This document shows positions 16,422 to 19,016 of a DNA stretch of 19,016 bases, in pieces. The notes under the pieces are model-generated. The model saw nothing but the letters and a program-made list of their open reading frames with translations. It made no database searches and was not told where the DNA came from. The stretch is from Pseudobdellovibrionaceae bacterium. Its GTDB lineage: Bacteria > Bdellovibrionota > Bdellovibrionia > Bdellovibrionales > Bdellovibrionaceae. Location: the NCBI GenBank assembly GCA_039810425.1, contig JBDHWW010000054.1, positions 1 to 19,016 on the forward strand. The letters run 5' to 3'. Position 1 is the first letter of the stretch. Every line of letters starts with the position of its first letter. The position numbers were made by a program, and so were the translations under genes.

Positions 16422-17417
16422 ATGCTAGTCAAATGTCCACGTTGTGGCTTTTCACAACCAAAAGATCAATACTGTGCGCAGTGCGGAATCGACATGATGG
16501 CGTTCAAGCCACCACGTCAATCTGCCTTCAAGCGCTATGCGACGGATCCAATGATGTATCTGATCATTGCGCTCGTGGTGATTGGCGTTTCTATTACGAC
16601 CCTCTATAAGAAAGACAGAACGGATCTTGCGCAAAGAGTGAAGTTCCTTAAAGGCACCCTGCAAATCGCAAGCACGAATGGCCAAGAAGAAAGAAAAGAG
16701 CTTGTTGCGGAACAAGAAGCCGCGCCAGCAGTGGCCGCCGAGACAACCGCTCCAGCACCTAGAGCGCCCATCCCAGTTGCGGCTCCAGCGACGGCCGCGG
16801 TGACTGCAGGAGCCGCATCTGGCATAACGACAGCTTACATATACTACACCGAAGTTCCACGCCGCGCCCTTGAACGCCTCTACGAAGAGAGCCAGGCGAC
16901 CGGTCAGTTCAATTCCTTCGGCGATTACACGGCGGGCATCTTGCCAGATGTGCAAAAACGCATTACCGCTGAAGGCCTGAAAATCCGCGTCCTTGAAAAA
17001 AGCGAAAAAACCATTACAAAAAATCAGCAATGGTTCACAGGCCTTCACGACAATGAACTTGATGAAGATATGGGCCTTAGCACATTTATTGAACTTGCTG
17101 AGACCGACAGCAATATCTTCCGCGGGAATCTTGAAATCGTTCGCACGCTGCGTGAAGCCGACATGGACAAGCGCGCGTTGGCGGCGGTAGATGCAACAGC
17201 GGCTGCACCAGCCCCGCAGAAAAACTCTTACCCTGCTATTTTTGAAATGGCACCTGGCAGCGGCTTCTTTATCGCAGGTGTCCTTCCTCGCAAGACGCGC
17301 ATTGCCCATGAGGAAGAGTTGAGCCGCAAAGGTCCCTTTGAAGTCTTGCGCTCCCCTGCTTTCCAAAATAAAGAGACTGAATTCGTCATTTTTATTGAGT
17401 TTGAGAAGAAACCTTAA
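16422..17417 (+). CDS. Hypothetical bitopic membrane protein: zinc ribbon, TM helix, Ala/Pro linker, beta-rich C-terminal domain
   Basis: 331 aa; CPRC-x9-CAQC, hydrophobic MMYLIIALVVIGVSITTLY, low-complexity AAPAVAAETTAPAPRAP; first gene of a co-oriented triplet. Confidence 0.85.
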   Translation: MLVKCPRCGFSQPKDQYCAQCGIDMMAFKPPRQSAFKRYATDPMMYLIIALVVIGVSITTLYKKDRTDLAQRVKFLKGTLQIASTNGQEERKELVAEQEAAPAVAAETTAPAPRAPIPVAAPATAAVTAGAASGITTAYIYYTEVPRRALERLYEESQATGQFNSFGDYTAGILPDVQKRITAEGLKIRVLEKSEKTITKNQQWFTGLHDNELDEDMGLSTFIELAETDSNIFRGNLEIVRTLREADMDKRALAAVDATAAAPAPQKNSYPAIFEMAPGSGFFIAGVLPRKTRIAHEEELSRKGPFEVLRSPAFQNKETEFVIFIEFEKKP

Positions 17418-17429
17418 GATATTGCTCAG

Positions 17430-18209
17430 ATGCGATATCTTCAGCATCACTATGGCTCCCAAGTTCACATTCTCGACAACCCGCTTTTAAACGATCTCCT
17501 GGCGAAACTTTGTTCTCCAAAGACCTTTCAACCTGCAATCAACCACCTGGTCGAGCCCCTTTACGCGCATATGATTGCCGAAGTCATCGGCCAAGAGTTT
17601 GAGCTCGAGTCCTTCCGGGTTCCAACCCGCATGACAGAAGTTCATCCTGATGTTTTGCTGGAGAGCCAAGGCATTGCGAAGTCGCAAAAGGCCGTCTCGG
17701 TGAATTTAGCTCGCGCCGGCACCTACCCTAGCCACCTCTGTTATAGCCAATTGCATTGGGCTTTGGAGCCTCGGAATATCCGTCAGGATCATATCTTCGC
17801 GGCCCGCATGACCGGTGCCGATCAACACGTCACTGGAGCTCATTTCGGGAGCCTTAAGATCGGCGGCGACGTGAAAGATGCCTATGTCATGATCCCCGAT
17901 CCCATGGGTGCTACCGGCAGCACGATCGTGTCCACAATCACCTACTACAAACAAAAGGTCGCAGGTCCGGCAAAGAAATATATCGCCATGCATTTGATCG
18001 TCACTCCGGAGTATTTAAGGAAAGTGCTTGGCGCGCACCCGGAGGTCGTGATCTACGCCTTGAGGCTTGACCGGGGCCTTTCCGATAAGGCAGTTTTAAG
18101 GTCTCCTCCAGGGCTCCATTGGGACCAAGAAAAGGGCCTAAATGACCATGACTATATCGTGCCTGGTGGCGGCGGTTTTGGCGAAATAATGAATAACTCC
18201 TTCGTTTAA
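17430..18209 (+). CDS. Uracil phosphoribosyltransferase-like protein (divergent)
   Basis: 259 aa; VPTRM, NLARAG, PRPP loop IPDPMGATGST, LNDHDYIVPGGGGFGE (cf. LN..GYIVPGLGDAGD of Upp). Confidence 0.8.
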   Translation: MRYLQHHYGSQVHILDNPLLNDLLAKLCSPKTFQPAINHLVEPLYAHMIAEVIGQEFELESFRVPTRMTEVHPDVLLESQGIAKSQKAVSVNLARAGTYPSHLCYSQLHWALEPRNIRQDHIFAARMTGADQHVTGAHFGSLKIGGDVKDAYVMIPDPMGATGSTIVSTITYYKQKVAGPAKKYIAMHLIVTPEYLRKVLGAHPEVVIYALRLDRGLSDKAVLRSPPGLHWDQEKGLNDHDYIVPGGGGFGEIMNNSFV

Positions 18210-18219
18210 AGGATCAAAC

Positions 18220-18747
18220 ATGACTCACCTACAGATCAAACCCTACATCACTGAAGAACAACTCGCGAAAAAAGTGACTGAAATTGGCGCCGCCATTACT
18301 AAGAAATTCAAAGGCGAACAAATCGTCGCTGTGTGTGTTTTGAAAGGTTCCTTTGTTTTCTACTCTGATTTGATCCGCGCTATCGACGCTGACATCAACT
18401 GCGAATTCTTCGGTGTTTCCAGCTACCACGGCACCACCTCTTCTGGTGAGGTGAAAGTGACTTTGGACTTGGCGAGCCCCGTGGAAGGCAAACACATCTT
18501 GTTGGTTGAGGATATCGTCGACACCGGCATCACCATGAACTACTTGAAAAACTCCATCATGGCCCGTAAGCCGGCAACACTCACAACAGTCGCGTTGCTT
18601 GAAAAGCCGGAAGCTTTGAAAGTGCCCTGCAAGTTAGATTACGTTGGCTTCCAAATCACCAACGAGTTCGTTGTCGGTTACGGCTTGGATTACCAAGGCT
18701 ACTACCGCAATCTTCCATTCATAGGCCAAGTTCAAAACTTCCAGTAA
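18220..18747 (+). CDS. hpt: Hypoxanthine(-guanine) phosphoribosyltransferase
   Basis: 175 aa; VLKGS, SSY, LLVEDIVDTGIT, FVVGYGLDY..YRNLP; AAGGA SD. Confidence 0.96.
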   Translation: MTHLQIKPYITEEQLAKKVTEIGAAITKKFKGEQIVAVCVLKGSFVFYSDLIRAIDADINCEFFGVSSYHGTTSSGEVKVTLDLASPVEGKHILLVEDIVDTGITMNYLKNSIMARKPATLTTVALLEKPEALKVPCKLDYVGFQITNEFVVGYGLDYQGYYRNLPFIGQVQNFQ

Positions 18748-18817
18748 TTTAAAAACTGGTCCTTTAAATGTTGATAAGGAAGCTTTGGCACTACTACCGC
18801 CGGGTATTTCACGAGTT

Positions 18818-18859
18818 TTAAACAAAAAAGCGCTGATTTCTCAGCGCCTTTTTGTTTAA
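18818..18859. terminator. Bidirectional rho-independent terminator
   Basis: GCGCTGA-TTTC-TCAGCGC stem (18830-18847) flanked by AAACAAAAAA and CTTTTTGTTT. Confidence 0.9.
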
Positions 18860-18972
18860 GATTTAAGTTTAGTAATAACCGACCAAAGAGAAAGAGTTGT
18901 AAGCTCTGACTTCTGGAGTTGATTTTATATCTGCACGAAGGCGAGATATTAAAAATTGTTGTGGATGGTCGA

Positions 18973-19014
18973 TTAAGAAGCGGCGACCTCTTGTTGTGTT
19001 GAACGTGGTATCAC
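18973..19014 (-). CDS. Possible 3' end of a convergent gene entering from the right edge (VIPRSTQQEVAAS*)
   Basis: Open to the edge and facing the bidirectional terminator. An alternative frame is open over 19015-18869 (48 aa, ends SLVGYY*). The frame cannot be decided. Confidence 0.25.
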   Translation of the reverse strand: MIPRSTQQEVAAS

Positions 19015-19016
19015 GA

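Noticed and set aside
16452..17468. 338-aa antisense ORF over the zinc-ribbon gene
   Set aside because: A shadow frame with no motifs; the plus-strand protein has a coherent domain architecture and operon context.
18748..18817. Purine riboswitch or sigma54 promoter (TGGCACtactaCCGC) near hpt
   Set aside because: It lies downstream of hpt and lacks the riboswitch core; the -12 element lacks TT and would fire straight into a terminator.
19001..19016. ERGIT translational-GTPase motif on the plus strand
   Set aside because: There is an in-frame stop at 18974-18976, no start codon after it and no upstream P-loop; coincidental.
1..19016. CRISPR arrays, tRNA/rRNA genes, prophage or defence genes
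   Set aside because: No repeat-spacer arrays, cloverleafs or matching proteins seen; almost all sequence is accounted for by the listed CDSs.

Overview
This window is mostly a Gram-negative division/cell-wall (dcw) cluster on the minus strand: rsmH-ftsL-ftsI(+PASTA)-murE-murF-mraY-murD-[lipoprotein]-ftsW-murG-murC-murB. Two oppositely oriented genes interrupt it: an alpha/beta-hydrolase between ftsI and murE, and a GT-C fold, PIG-B/Alg9-like glycosyltransferase between murF and mraY. There is no mraZ upstream of rsmH. A divergent operon sits there instead, encoding a zinc-ribbon/TM protein with a secretin-like C-terminal pattern, an atypical uracil phosphoribosyltransferase and hpt, and ending at a bidirectional terminator. 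The left edge holds the right end of an IS4-family (IS50/Tn5-like) insertion sequence, where ddl/ftsQ would normally follow murB. Gene content and protein style suggest a Bdellovibrionota-like organism (inference, not verified). Best leads: the GT22-like enzyme in the dcw cluster, the secretin-like inner-membrane zinc-ribbon protein, a hairpin burying the ftsW ribosome-binding site, a MurD with altered substrate-binding motifs, and apparently leaderless counter-oriented genes forming a non-contiguous operon layout.
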